From a virus (lineage: Duplodnaviria; Caudoviricetes): 32,264 nt of DNA. Numbering within the stretch: position 1 is the stretch's first letter; every line of letters begins with the position of its first letter. Made by a program: the position numbers and the translations under genes. The notes beneath the pieces are model-generated. The model made no database searches, was not told where the DNA came from, and was given only the letters and a program-made list of their open reading frames with translations. Below are positions 23,593 through 32,264 of this stretch, one piece after another. The stretch covers positions 1 to 32,264 of IMG/VR virus record IMGVR_UViG_3300014613_000068; one strand, 5' to 3'.

Positions 23593-24568
23593 TTACGGCT
23601 CCCTTGGCGACTTCTCTTTTGACGATGGATTTTTCAAGCCGAGGACCGGGCGCCGGGACAAGAACCTCATTGACATCATCCCGTTCGAGGTGACGGCGGA
23701 GTGGTATCCGTCCCTGTTGACGTGGCAGGGGAAGGCGTGCGGTATTCAGCCGGGGGAACTGGACTTCAAGTTGGAGATCCCCGTCCATCGCCGGATCGGT
23801 CCCGACAACAAGGACTTCCTTTGTCTCCGGCTGGCGTTCGGCAGACCCTGCCCAATCTGCGAGGAGTCAAAGCGGATCGAGGGCGACCGCAAGATGGACG
23901 AGAAGGCCAAAGAGACGGCGGTGGCTGCGTTTAAGCCTTCCTGGAGGACGGCGCTGAATGTGATTGATCTGACCGTGGCCGAAAAGGATCAGTATGTCCA
24001 GGTCTGGGAAGTGAGCCGGTTCCTTTTCACCAAGGAGATGGAGACCGCAGCCCAGGAACTCGGCGAGACGGAACCTCTGACCCCGGCGGATCTGGACGAG
24101 GGCTGGAGCATCGAGTTCGTCGGCAAAGAAAAACAGCTTGGGAAATATCCTTTCATTGAAGCGGAGGCGTTTGAATTTCTGGAGCGTCCTCCATACGAAG
24201 ACGACATCGTGGACGACGCCTATGCCCTGGACACCCTCCTGGTGATTCCTACGTATGAAGATGTTCTGGCTGGTCTGCACGGGATGGATGCAGAGGAGGC
24301 CGCGCATATGGCATCGGGTGGGAAGCCGTCTTCCGTGCCCGAAGAGGATGCTCCAGCTCCTGCAAGAGGAGGACGGAGGGCTGGTGGACGCCCTGCCCCG
24401 GAACCGGAGAAGGATGAACCCGCTCCCGCCCCGAGAAGGCGCGGCAGTCGGGCTGTATCGGAGCCTGCGGAGGAAGATGACATCCCTTTTGACAAAGGCT
24501 CCGGAGGCAAGGATGACGAACCGGAGCCTGCCCCAGCGGAAACGAGACGCAGGCGGAGGCCCAGGTAA
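23486..24568 (+). CDS. T4 gp32-like single-stranded DNA-binding protein
   Basis: VHRRIG...FLC...PCPICE Zn motif; NVIDL; long acidic low-complexity tail with DDIPF. Confidence 0.8.
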   Translation: MGKLSKEERREKFRKRQREAAESSKKGGGGGGRVLNYGSLGDFSFDDGFFKPRTGRRDKNLIDIIPFEVTAEWYPSLLTWQGKACGIQPGELDFKLEIPVHRRIGPDNKDFLCLRLAFGRPCPICEESKRIEGDRKMDEKAKETAVAAFKPSWRTALNVIDLTVAEKDQYVQVWEVSRFLFTKEMETAAQELGETEPLTPADLDEGWSIEFVGKEKQLGKYPFIEAEAFEFLERPPYEDDIVDDAYALDTLLVIPTYEDVLAGLHGMDAEEAAHMASGGKPSSVPEEDAPAPARGGRRAGGRPAPEPEKDEPAPAPRRRGSRAVSEPAEEDDIPFDKGSGGKDDEPEPAPAETRRRRRPR

Positions 24569-24816
24569 TGGAACAGAATGAGCCTGAGAGGGAGGATGTG
24601 TTCCTTACCGTGAGTCAGGCTGCGGAGGCGGCTGGTGTGTCTTATGCCACGGCCCTTAATTGGTGCCATCAGCATAAGATCGGCCGCAAGGTGGTGGGGC
24701 GCTGGAGGGTCAGCAGGACAGCTCTTGAGCGCCTCACCGGACTCCGTGTACGACGCCCGGAAGGGGACAGACCAAAGGGACCGGTACGAAAGGGACTGCT
24801 CGATGCGGGAGCTTAA
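24568..24816 (+). CDS. excisionase-like HTH (HTH_17/MerR-like) protein
   Basis: FLTVSQAAEAAGVSYATALNW...KVVGRWRVSR. Confidence 0.8.
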   Translation: MEQNEPEREDVFLTVSQAAEAAGVSYATALNWCHQHKIGRKVVGRWRVSRTALERLTGLRVRRPEGDRPKGPVRKGLLDAGA

Positions 24817-25876
24817 AAAGAAGGAAGCAGATGTCCCGGCTCAGATCGAGGAAGATGCTCGGGTGGGTCTGGAGAAAGTTCCACCTCCGGACGAGTGGCA
24901 GGGCGCTCCTGTCTCAACTGGCTCAACTCTTTTTGATTTGAGTATCAGTGGGGGCCGGGTTCGCGGAGGCGGGATTCCACCGGGCATCATCATGGTAATC
25001 CTGGGGCCGTCGGGGACTGGAAAAAGCGCCTTTTTGTGTCGAGCGGCCGGGAACGTCAAACGGTCGGGAGGAGAGGTTCGGTACGAAGACCCGGAGTTCC
25101 GCCTTGACCTTGTCCATGCTCGGGAGGCGTATGGGCTGGATCTTGTTGAGGAGGAGGAATACGAAACCCCGGAGACCGTGGTTGGTTTGTTCGACCGGGT
25201 ACACGCCTGGGACCCGAAAGGCCCCGGCCCTCATCTGATGGCGGGTGATTCGTTGGCGGCTTTGTGCGGGAACTCCGAAATCGCGGTTGTGAACAAAAAA
25301 GGGGAAGTGGAACAGCCCGATGGCATGGCCGCAATGAGGAGGGCAGCAGAATTTTCTCAGGGGATGCGTCGAGCGAAGGCCCGGTTCCGGGACTCGAATA
25401 TGATCCTGCTGGCATCCGATCAGACACGGGAGAATCCCCACGCTCTCCCAGGGCAGAAGAAGTGGGCAGAGGGTGGAGGAAAGGCCCTCGAATTTTATCC
25501 TTCTGTTCGGGCGTTCGTTCGGCCAGCCGGGAAGCTGAAGCGTAAGGCAAAGGTGCGAGGAGGGGCTGAGGTCGAGCAAGTCTACGGTGTGCTCGGGGAA
25601 GTGGAAATTATTAAGTCTTCCGTGGATCGCCCGTTCCGAAAGGCCCCGTATCGGATCATCTTTGATTACGGGGTGGACGACATCTCCGCGAACCTCCAGT
25701 GGATCAAGGACATGACGAAGGACACCAAATACTGGACCGGGCATCAGTCCCTTGCGGACGCGGTAGATGAGGTCGAGGAAAAGGATCTGGAGTCGGAGCT
25801 TCGGGAAGAAACCATTGGCTTGTGGGAAGAAATCGAGGCCATGTTCAAGACCGGAAGGAAACGTCAATCATGGTAG
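24803..25876 (+). CDS. RecA/UvsX-like recombinase
   Basis: STGS..DL..GGIPPG; GPSGTGKS; DPEFRLD; DSLAAL; DQTRE; GGKALEFYPSVR. Confidence 0.9.
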   Translation: MRELKKKEADVPAQIEEDARVGLEKVPPPDEWQGAPVSTGSTLFDLSISGGRVRGGGIPPGIIMVILGPSGTGKSAFLCRAAGNVKRSGGEVRYEDPEFRLDLVHAREAYGLDLVEEEEYETPETVVGLFDRVHAWDPKGPGPHLMAGDSLAALCGNSEIAVVNKKGEVEQPDGMAAMRRAAEFSQGMRRAKARFRDSNMILLASDQTRENPHALPGQKKWAEGGGKALEFYPSVRAFVRPAGKLKRKAKVRGGAEVEQVYGVLGEVEIIKSSVDRPFRKAPYRIIFDYGVDDISANLQWIKDMTKDTKYWTGHQSLADAVDEVEEKDLESELREETIGLWEEIEAMFKTGRKRQSW

Positions 25877-25895
25877 TTTTTATGGAGGGGGCAGC

Positions 25896-26483
25896 GTGAA
25901 AAAAATCAGTCTGGTAAAATTGGAAGACGCGGAAGCCTACGCGGACCACGAGACCAAAACCTACCGATTTGGCGGACACCTGGAGATTAAATTTTCCTGG
26001 CTTGTAAAGGCTGGGTACTCCATCAAGGCTGAGGGCTTCATTGAGGTTGGGGGCTTCATTGAGGCTGAGGGCTTCATCAAGGCTGAGGGCTTCATCAAGG
26101 CCGGGGATTTCATTGAGGCTGGGGGCTTCATCAAGGCCGGGGATTTCATTGAGGCTGGGGGCTTCATCAAGGCCGGGGGCTTCATCAAGGCCGGGGATTT
26201 CATTGAGGCTGGGGGCTTCATTTTCTCTTTTGTCTTCGACGTGACCTGTACGCTGCTCAAAGGGGTTTCGCAGCTTCCGTTCTGGTGCAAATACTGGGCC
26301 GTAATGCCGCCGCTCTCAAAATGGAGCGAGGAAATTTTGGACGCTTCGAATTGTTGGGATGTCCTACGCTCCCTGCCGAACAGGGAAGAGGCCGAGGAGA
26401 TTTGCGCGTGGGATGGCTGGCACCCGATTTTGAGAGCGCAGCTGGAACTTTTCTTCATGCTTAAAATAGAGGTGATATTGTGA
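25896..26483 (+). CDS. protein with hexapeptide tandem repeats (beta-helix-like)
   Basis: GGAGG RBS plus GTG start; about 11 units of F-I-[KE]-A-[GE]-[GD]. Confidence 0.75.
   Translation: MKKISLVKLEDAEAYADHETKTYRFGGHLEIKFSWLVKAGYSIKAEGFIEVGGFIEAEGFIKAEGFIKAGDFIEAGGFIKAGDFIEAGGFIKAGGFIKAGDFIEAGGFIFSFVFDVTCTLLKGVSQLPFWCKYWAVMPPLSKWSEEILDASNCWDVLRSLPNREEAEEICAWDGWHPILRAQLELFFMLKIEVIL
26022..26222 (+). repeat. 18-bp tandem repeat, about 11 copies, in frame
   Basis: Variants of ATCAAGGCCGGGGATTTC / ATTGAGGCTGGGGGCTTC. Confidence 0.9.
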
Positions 26484-26881
26484 TGAGAAAGAAAAGGATC
26501 ACGGTCCATTCAGCGAAGGCCAAGGGTAGACGCCTTCAGCAATGGGTCTGCGAACAGCTTTCGGGTCTGCTCCGGCTTCCTTGGGGACCTGACGAGTTGA
26601 TCGCTTCCCGTGAGGGTGCGCAGGCCGGGACGGACATTCGTTTGATCGGGGAGGCTCTGGAACGGTTTCCTTGGGCTGTGGAGTGTAAGGCGCAAGAGTC
26701 TTGGGGCGTCCACGACTGGATTGCCCAGGCGAAGACGAACCGGTCTCCGGGAACCTCGTGGGTGGTCATTGCCAAACGATCCCGGCAGAAGGCGGTGGCA
26801 ATCCTGGACGCAGAGACGTTCTTGAGGCTCGCTGCGGAGCACGGACATAACGAATGGGCGCAAAGCCCGAAGGGGGATTGA
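26483..26881 (+). CDS. PD-(D/E)XK Holliday-junction resolvase
   Basis: SAKAKGRRLQ..GTDI...AVECK. Confidence 0.82.
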   Translation: MRKKRITVHSAKAKGRRLQQWVCEQLSGLLRLPWGPDELIASREGAQAGTDIRLIGEALERFPWAVECKAQESWGVHDWIAQAKTNRSPGTSWVVIAKRSRQKAVAILDAETFLRLAAEHGHNEWAQSPKGD

Positions 26882-26882
26882 C

Positions 26883-27020
26883 ATGGACAACTGGAAAGGA
26901 CAGTTGATTTTCTTCGTGATCGTGGCGGGTGGATCGTTTTGGCTCGGGTACTCCGGCAAGGGCAAGGAGTGGTGGCTCAGGATCAAGGAACTGGTAAAGA
27001 ACCGGGGGAAGCGGTCGTGA
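26883..27020 (+). CDS. 45-aa single-TM peptide
   Basis: MDNWKGQLIFFVIVAGGSFWLGY...; GTGA overlap with the next gene. Confidence 0.55.
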   Translation: MDNWKGQLIFFVIVAGGSFWLGYSGKGKEWWLRIKELVKNRGKRS

Positions 27021-28075
27021 TCGACGAACTCAATATCCTCAATTTTCAATCTCATGAAAAGTCCCGGCTCGTCTTCAGTCCCGGCGTCAATGTGATTGTG
27101 GGCGAGTCGGATTCCGGGAAGTCGGCAGTTATCCGGGCGGTTCGGTGGGTGCTGGAGAACAGGCCGATGGGGGATGGTTTCCGTTCTCGCTGGGGTGGAG
27201 AAACGGATGTTGAGATCATATTGTCCGGGGATGCTCCGGCGGTATCCCGAGTCAAGGGCAAGGATCGGAACAGCTATTTCATCGGGGACCGGGAGCTGAA
27301 GAAGGTTCAGGGTGACGTACCGGATGAGGTCGGTAAGCTGTTGAATATCCCGGCACTTGGCCTCGGGCTTCAGAAGGATTCGTTTTATCTGGTGAACATG
27401 AATCCGGGGGAACGGGCGCGGAAATTCTCCGAGGCTGCGGGGTTGGACGTGATCCACGCCGCGATAAAGGCCGTCAATGGGATGTATCGTTCCGACAAGG
27501 CAGACCGCGATCTGTCTGAAAAGCAGCGAGACGAATACGCCGCCCAAGAAATAGGGTTGGCATGGGTTCCAGACGCTGATTCCGATCTTATCGAACTGGA
27601 GACGCTTGCAGAAGCAATCGGAGAAGACCGGGAAGCGGTAAACGGGGTTCAATCCATTTTGGCTATGTTGGAGACTCTGGATTTGGAAGCGGGCGTCCTT
27701 GCTTGGTATTTGGACGCCTTGCCGCTCGTAGAATCGTTAGAGAAGGCATCGCAGGACATAAAGGGTATTGGGGGGTCTGTTTACAATTTGAAGGCCGTCT
27801 TGGGGTATCTGGACGCCTTAGAAGGGGAATCCGAAGGGCTTGGGTGGTGCATTAATGCAGAATCGGGTGTGGATGCGGTTTTACGGACGGGTGGCGAGGC
27901 CCAGGATTTGGCTCGGCAGGCGTCACGTTTGCGTGGGCTTGTGATTGAACTGGAAAACCAGGACGCGGACCGGGAGGTCTTGGCTGTGGATCTGGCAGAG
28001 ATGGAAACGACTTTGGCGGGGGAACTCGGGGACGCGTGTCCCCTTTGTGAACAACCGATTCGGGGGATTGAATAA
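27017..28075 (+). CDS. SbcC/Rad50-like ATPase, N-terminal half
   Basis: NFQSH; Walker A GESDSGKS; Q-loop LQKD; coiled coil ending in the Zn hook CPLC. Confidence 0.88.
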   Translation: MIDELNILNFQSHEKSRLVFSPGVNVIVGESDSGKSAVIRAVRWVLENRPMGDGFRSRWGGETDVEIILSGDAPAVSRVKGKDRNSYFIGDRELKKVQGDVPDEVGKLLNIPALGLGLQKDSFYLVNMNPGERARKFSEAAGLDVIHAAIKAVNGMYRSDKADRDLSEKQRDEYAAQEIGLAWVPDADSDLIELETLAEAIGEDREAVNGVQSILAMLETLDLEAGVLAWYLDALPLVESLEKASQDIKGIGGSVYNLKAVLGYLDALEGESEGLGWCINAESGVDAVLRTGGEAQDLARQASRLRGLVIELENQDADREVLAVDLAEMETTLAGELGDACPLCEQPIRGIE

Positions 28076-28449
28076 TGAAGCTGTTTCTGCTGGCTTTAGT
28101 CATTATGGCGTTGGCAATTGGGGGAGTGATTTTGGCAGCCCAGGAACGAGCCGCGTTACCTCTCGCCGATCGGATCAGCTTTTACCCAAGCGCCATGTCC
28201 CGCCTGTCCATCGGAATGACCGAGCCCGAGTGTGCCCAGGTGCTTGGCCGTCCCCGTTTCATAAGTGCTGACTCGACCTGCCGGGTCCTTCACTATTTTG
28301 CCCAGGGCCGCACGGAGTACGTTCTAACGTTCGTGGACGGAAAGCTCGCGGAATATGGGCGCCCAGGTGGGTTCGATGATCCGCCAATGGCAGTGGCGAC
28401 TGCGACGGCTAACGGGTGTTTTCTGGATACGATCATGGGGGTGAGATGA
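28075..28449 (+). CDS. exported SmpA/BamE-like domain protein
   Basis: Signal/TM N-terminus; LSIGMT..C.QVLGRP...LTFVDGKL. Confidence 0.6.
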   Translation: MKLFLLALVIMALAIGGVILAAQERAALPLADRISFYPSAMSRLSIGMTEPECAQVLGRPRFISADSTCRVLHYFAQGRTEYVLTFVDGKLAEYGRPGGFDDPPMAVATATANGCFLDTIMGVR

Positions 28450-29360
28450 AAAATCCCGACGCTATTTTGATGTCTGATCCCCATGTTCGCCATGATACGC
28501 CCGCTTGTCGCTTGGATAATTACATGGAGGCGCAGGAGAGCAAATGGCGGCAGATATTCGCCGTGTCAGAAAAATACGACATCATCCCGATCCTCTGCGC
28601 AGGGGATCTTGGTCACCGCGCGTACTGGCCGAATCCCCTGCTCACGTGGTTCATGGGGCTTCTGATCGGGCAGCCTTGGGAAGATATAGTCCCGCCGTTG
28701 GCGACTGTCCTTGGACAACACGATCTCCCATATCACCAGCCGGGGAAGTATGGAGAGGGTGGTGTGCGAATCCTGGAGCAGGCGGGATTGATAACGGTTT
28801 TGAAGGAGGACGACACCTCCCAACTTATTCCCGGTACTTTCATTTCAGGGGCTTGGTGGGGGCAAAGCCCCGCGCAGTCTGAGGTCGATTCTGCCGTTCT
28901 CGTAATGCACAAGATGGTGATTGATTCTCCGCTTTGGCCGGGGCAGGAAGCGCCACAAGCCAGGACGATTCTGAGGAAGCATCCGGGGTTCAAATTGATT
29001 TTGACTGGCGATAATCATAAGCCATTTGTGGAGGAGTTCGATGGGAGGCTTCTGGTCAATCCCGGATCTTTGATGCGTATGACGGCAGACCAAATCGATC
29101 ACCGGCCGCGGGTGTATCTGTGGCGGGAAAAGGATAATGAGTTGGAGGAGGTTTTTCTGGATGTGGTAGCTGGCGTTGTGAGCCGGGATCATATCCAGGA
29201 GGTGACCGAGACGTCCGATGCCCGGATGGAAGCGTTCGTGGAGCGGTTTGGCGCAAGCCGGGACGTGGGTCTGTCTTTTCAAGATAATCTCCAGGCCTTT
29301 TTTGACGCCAACAGCGTTCCGCAGGCAGTCCAGGATAAGGTATGGAAGGCGGTCGGATGA
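28446..29360 (+). CDS. SbcD/Mre11-like metallophosphoesterase nuclease
   Basis: SDPH; AGDLGH; GQHD; MH; GDNH; VNPGS. Confidence 0.9.
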   Translation: MKNPDAILMSDPHVRHDTPACRLDNYMEAQESKWRQIFAVSEKYDIIPILCAGDLGHRAYWPNPLLTWFMGLLIGQPWEDIVPPLATVLGQHDLPYHQPGKYGEGGVRILEQAGLITVLKEDDTSQLIPGTFISGAWWGQSPAQSEVDSAVLVMHKMVIDSPLWPGQEAPQARTILRKHPGFKLILTGDNHKPFVEEFDGRLLVNPGSLMRMTADQIDHRPRVYLWREKDNELEEVFLDVVAGVVSRDHIQEVTETSDARMEAFVERFGASRDVGLSFQDNLQAFFDANSVPQAVQDKVWKAVG

Positions 29361-29361
29361 G

Positions 29362-29712
29362 ATGAACGAGTATTTATACAGATATGTAGATGTGGCATAT
29401 TCCTTGGGTTGCGATGAATACGACAATCCATATCCAGGTTACAATTTAAAGGTAGAATTAAAAAAGTTTAAAATTATAAAGAGGACCCCAAAAGGAGCAT
29501 GGCTTGCTTTTTATGATGGGTTATTTTTGGAAGACAGCAAAAAGTTTGTTCTTTTATCGGCTCGTAAAAAATATGCTTGTGAAACAAAAGAGCTGGCGCT
29601 GGAATCATTTGTAGCACGGAAAAGGAGACAGGTTAGAATTTTGGGGTCATGCATCAAAAGAGCGGAAACAGCTTTATTTATTGCTTCCTGCATGGAGCGG
29701 CGGAGCGGGTGA
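29362..29712 (+). CDS. AT-rich hypothetical phage protein
   Basis: ATG 29362; IIKRTPKGAWL motif; markedly lower GC than its flanks. Confidence 0.75.
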   Translation: MNEYLYRYVDVAYSLGCDEYDNPYPGYNLKVELKKFKIIKRTPKGAWLAFYDGLFLEDSKKFVLLSARKKYACETKELALESFVARKRRQVRILGSCIKRAETALFIASCMERRSG

Positions 29713-29713
29713 G

Positions 29714-30124
29714 ATGGGTGTCCTTGTCGGGCCAAAGCCAGGACGAGAAACAGAACCTTGTTTTGGAGAAGATCATCCATTTCTTTGTCGGAAGAATAGG
29801 GCTGATTATCCGGGTAGGATGTGCTGGCCCTCTGTCAGTTATTTTCGGTCTCGGTTCGTAGCGGGATCAAACGAAGCACCGTGGGGAGATTGTTATGGCT
29901 GCGAGAGATGGAAGTCATGGATCGTTGGGGATGCAGCAGAGTCAGAAGAATATCAGCAAACTGATGAAGATGCGGGAGGAGATCAACTCTGCGAAGATCC
30001 GCCTGTCCGAACTCGACGGCGAAAGGAAAGCCGGGATGAAGCGCCTCCAGGAAGAGTTCGGATGCCCCGACGTGAGGAAGGCCCGAAAAAAACTCGAAAA
30101 GCTCGAAGGGGATTTGGTCTCTAA
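29714..30124 (+). CDS. Cys-rich hypothetical protein, 3' half overlapping the next gene
   Basis: ATG 2 nt after the previous stop; several Cys residues; long overlap. Confidence 0.4.
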   Translation: MGVLVGPKPGRETEPCFGEDHPFLCRKNRADYPGRMCWPSVSYFRSRFVAGSNEAPWGDCYGCERWKSWIVGDAAESEEYQQTDEDAGGDQLCEDPPVRTRRRKESRDEAPPGRVRMPRREEGPKKTRKARRGFGL

Positions 30125-30185
30125 GGAAAAAGAGCTGGCCGACGGGGTTGCAGCCTTGGAGCGGGATTATGAATGGCGGAATTGA
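29931..30185 (+). CDS. short coiled-coil protein upstream of the Rad50 C-terminal half
   Basis: Heptad-rich K/E/L sequence; start position uncertain. Confidence 0.7.
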   Translation: MQQSQKNISKLMKMREEINSAKIRLSELDGERKAGMKRLQEEFGCPDVRKARKKLEKLEGDLVSKEKELADGVAALERDYEWRN

Positions 30186-30804
30186 GACCCTGCGTAGGAA
30201 GGTTGAAAACCTCAAGGGCAAGCTGTCCCATATTCGGGAGCTGAGGGCGAAAGCAGAAGCCGATGTCGCTCAAAGCCAACAGTCTTTGGCGGAATCCGAA
30301 CAGGCGCGGGACATTATTCAAGCTGTGGCGCAGGAAACGCAGGAGCAGCTCCAGCACCATGTATCAGATCTCGCATCCGTGGCTTTGGCTGCCGTATTCC
30401 CCGATCCATATACGGTGGAGGTCGAGTTCGTTCAGCGCCGAAATGCAACAGAAGCCGATCTTTGGTTTGTTCGTGATGGGAAGAGGAACGACCCGATGGA
30501 GTCAACGGGGTATGGGGCTGTAGACGTGGCTTCGTTTGCCCTGCGTTTGGCGGAATGGACAATCCTTCGCCCGAAGCCGCGTTCAGTGGTGATCCTCGAT
30601 GAGCCGTTTCGCCATGTGAAGGGGGAGGAAGCAAATGCCCGAGCAATCCGAATGGTACGGGAGATGAGCCGGCGTCTGGGGGTTCAGGTTTTGATGGTGT
30701 CAGACGAACGTGCCAGCCGGGAGGTTGTGATGGCGGGCGCGGATCGGGTGTTTGAGGTGACGCTTAAAAACGGAAAGAGTCGGGTTTCGGTAGTGAAGGA
30801 ATAA
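30169..30804 (+). CDS. SbcC/Rad50-like ATPase, C-terminal half
   Basis: Coiled coil; variant signature STGYG..VASFALRLA; Walker B VILDEPF; ADRVFEV. Confidence 0.88.
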   Translation: MNGGIETLRRKVENLKGKLSHIRELRAKAEADVAQSQQSLAESEQARDIIQAVAQETQEQLQHHVSDLASVALAAVFPDPYTVEVEFVQRRNATEADLWFVRDGKRNDPMESTGYGAVDVASFALRLAEWTILRPKPRSVVILDEPFRHVKGEEANARAIRMVREMSRRLGVQVLMVSDERASREVVMAGADRVFEVTLKNGKSRVSVVKE

Positions 30805-30806
30805 AA

Positions 30807-30832
30807 GCCCTCCCGGGGCGACTCGGGAGGGC
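30807..30832. terminator. 11-bp GNRA hairpin (terminator or stability element)
   Basis: GCCCTCCCGGG-GCGA-CTCGGGAGGGC; a U-tract follows only on the minus strand. Confidence 0.45.
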
Positions 30833-30843
30833 GGGAGGACCAG

Positions 30844-31023
30844 ATGCCGCACAAATGGCTGTTCGAAACATGGTGGTTCGAAGTCCAGCGGATCGGGAGA
30901 GAAAAGCGGGTGCCGTACCTGTTCGATGACCCAGAATCCTACCTGGGCTATTGGGAGGACGGGTATGAGCCGGGAGCCTGTGTTGACGAGACCATAGACT
31001 ATGCCGCTGAATATGCACGGTAA
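30844..31023 (+). CDS. 59-aa hypothetical protein
   Basis: GGAGG RBS; MPHKWLFETWWF... Confidence 0.6.
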   Translation: MPHKWLFETWWFEVQRIGREKRVPYLFDDPESYLGYWEDGYEPGACVDETIDYAAEYAR

Positions 31024-31033
31024 AGGAGGCACC

Positions 31034-31240
31034 ATGAACGGGACAAATTGGGAGGAAGAACCGAACAGGACGGAGCCGGTGGACCTGGAGGCTGAGGGGT
31101 TTGAGGCGGCCAAATCAGGACTCTTCCTTAATGGCCAGACGTTTTGCGAAGACATTGAAGCCTTCTGGTCCAGAGCCCGCCGCCCGCTCCTGGCCGAGAT
31201 TGCCTGGCTGTGCGACGAGCTGGCCGGGAAAGGAGCCTGA
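31034..31240 (+). CDS. hypothetical protein
   Basis: AAGGAGG RBS. Confidence 0.65.
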   Translation: MNGTNWEEEPNRTEPVDLEAEGFEAAKSGLFLNGQTFCEDIEAFWSRARRPLLAEIAWLCDELAGKGA

Positions 31241-31242
31241 GC

Positions 31243-31587
31243 ATGAAGAAAATCGGACTTGTAGGTGATGCAAGCATGGGCACCGGCAGTCTATTAGAAC
31301 AAGCCCTTGACGGATTGGAGAACGTCCGCATTGCTTCGCACAAACCCAAAACCCCCACCAAGCAAGACCTCCTGGAGATCATCCGGGAGTTGGTGGAGGC
31401 GGGGAAGCCGTGGGGATATACACCTGAGCGATGCGGATTCTGTCACAATTTTAGCGAGAGTGGCTTTTGCGCAAAGGCCCTGGGAAAAGGAAATGTAAAG
31501 CATAATGGAAGCCCGCCTGACTGGTGCCCACGTCGCAAGCTCGCCGCCGCAACCGAAAAGGCCGAGGACGAGCCTGTGGAGGTGTGA
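31243..31587 (+). CDS. Cys-rich hypothetical protein
   Basis: AAGGAG RBS; CGFC..C..PDWCP. Confidence 0.65.
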   Translation: MKKIGLVGDASMGTGSLLEQALDGLENVRIASHKPKTPTKQDLLEIIRELVEAGKPWGYTPERCGFCHNFSESGFCAKALGKGNVKHNGSPPDWCPRRKLAAATEKAEDEPVEV

Positions 31588-31596
31588 ACAGGCTGG

Positions 31597-31779
31597 ATGG
31601 TTTGTTGCCACAAGAAAACACAACATAGGGCATTCTTAGGGCCTTACGAAACCGAGCGGGCCGCAAAGACTCGTGCAGAGGAAGGGCCAGCAGAGAGTGA
31701 GCATGACGTTTTTTACGGCACCGTCACCATCCAGCGGCACGAGCAGAAAAGGAGCGTAAGAAAGGAGACAAATAAATGA
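31597..31779 (+). CDS. hypothetical protein
   Basis: Fills the gap and is ATGA-coupled to the next gene; start uncertain. Confidence 0.5.
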   Translation: MVCCHKKTQHRAFLGPYETERAAKTRAEEGPAESEHDVFYGTVTIQRHEQKRSVRKETNK

Positions 31780-32045
31780 AAAGAATGGTGGTCCACTGCC
31801 AAAAGGAACCCTACGACGTTCTCATTGACCGCCGAACAAAGTGGGGGAACCCGTTCTTCATCGGCTCACACGGAACCAGGGCTGAGGTCATTGCTAAGTA
31901 CGAGAAGTATATCCGCGAGAATCTTGTTTTAATGGCCGCTCTGCCGGAACTAAAGGGGAAAGTCCTTGGATGCTGGTGTGCGCCACAACCATGCCACGGT
32001 AATATCCTCAGAAAGCTGCTTGTTGAGCAGGGGATAGAGGAATAA
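31776..32045 (+). CDS. DUF4326 family protein
   Basis: YDVLIDR.TKWGNPF...ELKGKVLGCWCAPQPCHG. Confidence 0.88.
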   Translation: MKRMVVHCQKEPYDVLIDRRTKWGNPFFIGSHGTRAEVIAKYEKYIRENLVLMAALPELKGKVLGCWCAPQPCHGNILRKLLVEQGIEE

Positions 32046-32093
32046 CCACTAACAGCGGCGCGGTCGTGGTGCCGCGAGGATTGGAGGGGAGAG

Positions 32094-32252
32094 ATGAAGG
32101 TAGGCGATTTGAAGATCGAAAACCAGGAACTCAAGGCCCGGGTGAAGTATCTTGAGTATGAACTCGAAATTGCTGCGGAAATACGTCAGATACTTGAAAA
32201 GGGCCACGAAACCTTGGACATGGTTTTGCGCCTATCCCAAGAAAGGTCGTAA
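32094..32252 (+). CDS. 52-aa coiled-coil hypothetical protein
   Basis: GGAGG RBS; MKVGDLKIENQELKARVKYLE. Confidence 0.55.
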   Translation: MKVGDLKIENQELKARVKYLEYELEIAAEIRQILEKGHETLDMVLRLSQERS

Positions 32253-32264
32253 GGAGGACTGACC

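Noticed and set aside
24568-24816. Evidence of lysogeny from the excisionase-like HTH
   Set aside because: No integrase or att site is visible in the window, and such HTH proteins are common regulators.
26022-26222. CRISPR array or DGR template
   Set aside because: The units are contiguous 18-mers without unique spacers and are in frame in a gene; no cas or reverse transcriptase gene is in the window.
3785-27652. Long minus-strand ORFs (e.g. 9553-10374, 12344-13270, 24923-25867, 26510-27652)
   Set aside because: These are antisense shadows of well-supported GC-rich plus-strand genes, with no motifs or RBS.
29961-29967. Hammerhead core CTGATGA (also near 10229)
   Set aside because: It lies within coding sequence, and I could not find supporting stems with a correctly placed GAAA.
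27017-30804. Rad50 pseudogene
   Set aside because: Both halves are intact with their own starts and motifs, and the break sits exactly after the zinc hook.

Overview
A 32-kb piece of a tailed dsDNA bacteriophage genome with essentially all genes on the + strand. It runs from the end of the lysis module (membrane/lipoprotein gene, 3-TM holin), through an AT-rich junction with a sigma70-type promoter, into an early operon (HNH nuclease, sigma-like factor, DUF6011-SNF2 helicase). A nearly complete replication/recombination module follows: primase, wHTH initiator with probable internal origin, DnaB-like helicase, two DNA methyltransferases, sliding clamp, UDG-PolA polymerase, intein-containing clamp loader, UvsY, gp32-like SSB, RecA, resolvase, split Rad50 and Mre11. 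The main signals are non-coding or overlapping. (1) The early transcript is punctuated by three self-cleaving ribozymes (two twister, one HDV-like), each directly preceded by a GC hairpin. (2) The clamp-loader intein keeps its frame open across a complete out-of-frame Vsr/DUF559-type endonuclease gene that has its own promoter and RBS. (3) A ~78-nt three-way-junction RNA has two loops complementary to adjacent sites in the downstream gene (C4/CI-like antisense control). (4) A phage-specific promoter motif CCGG-N3-ATAAGG-N9-GGTATAATGTAA occurs three times. All protein calls come from motif recognition by eye; no database search was run.
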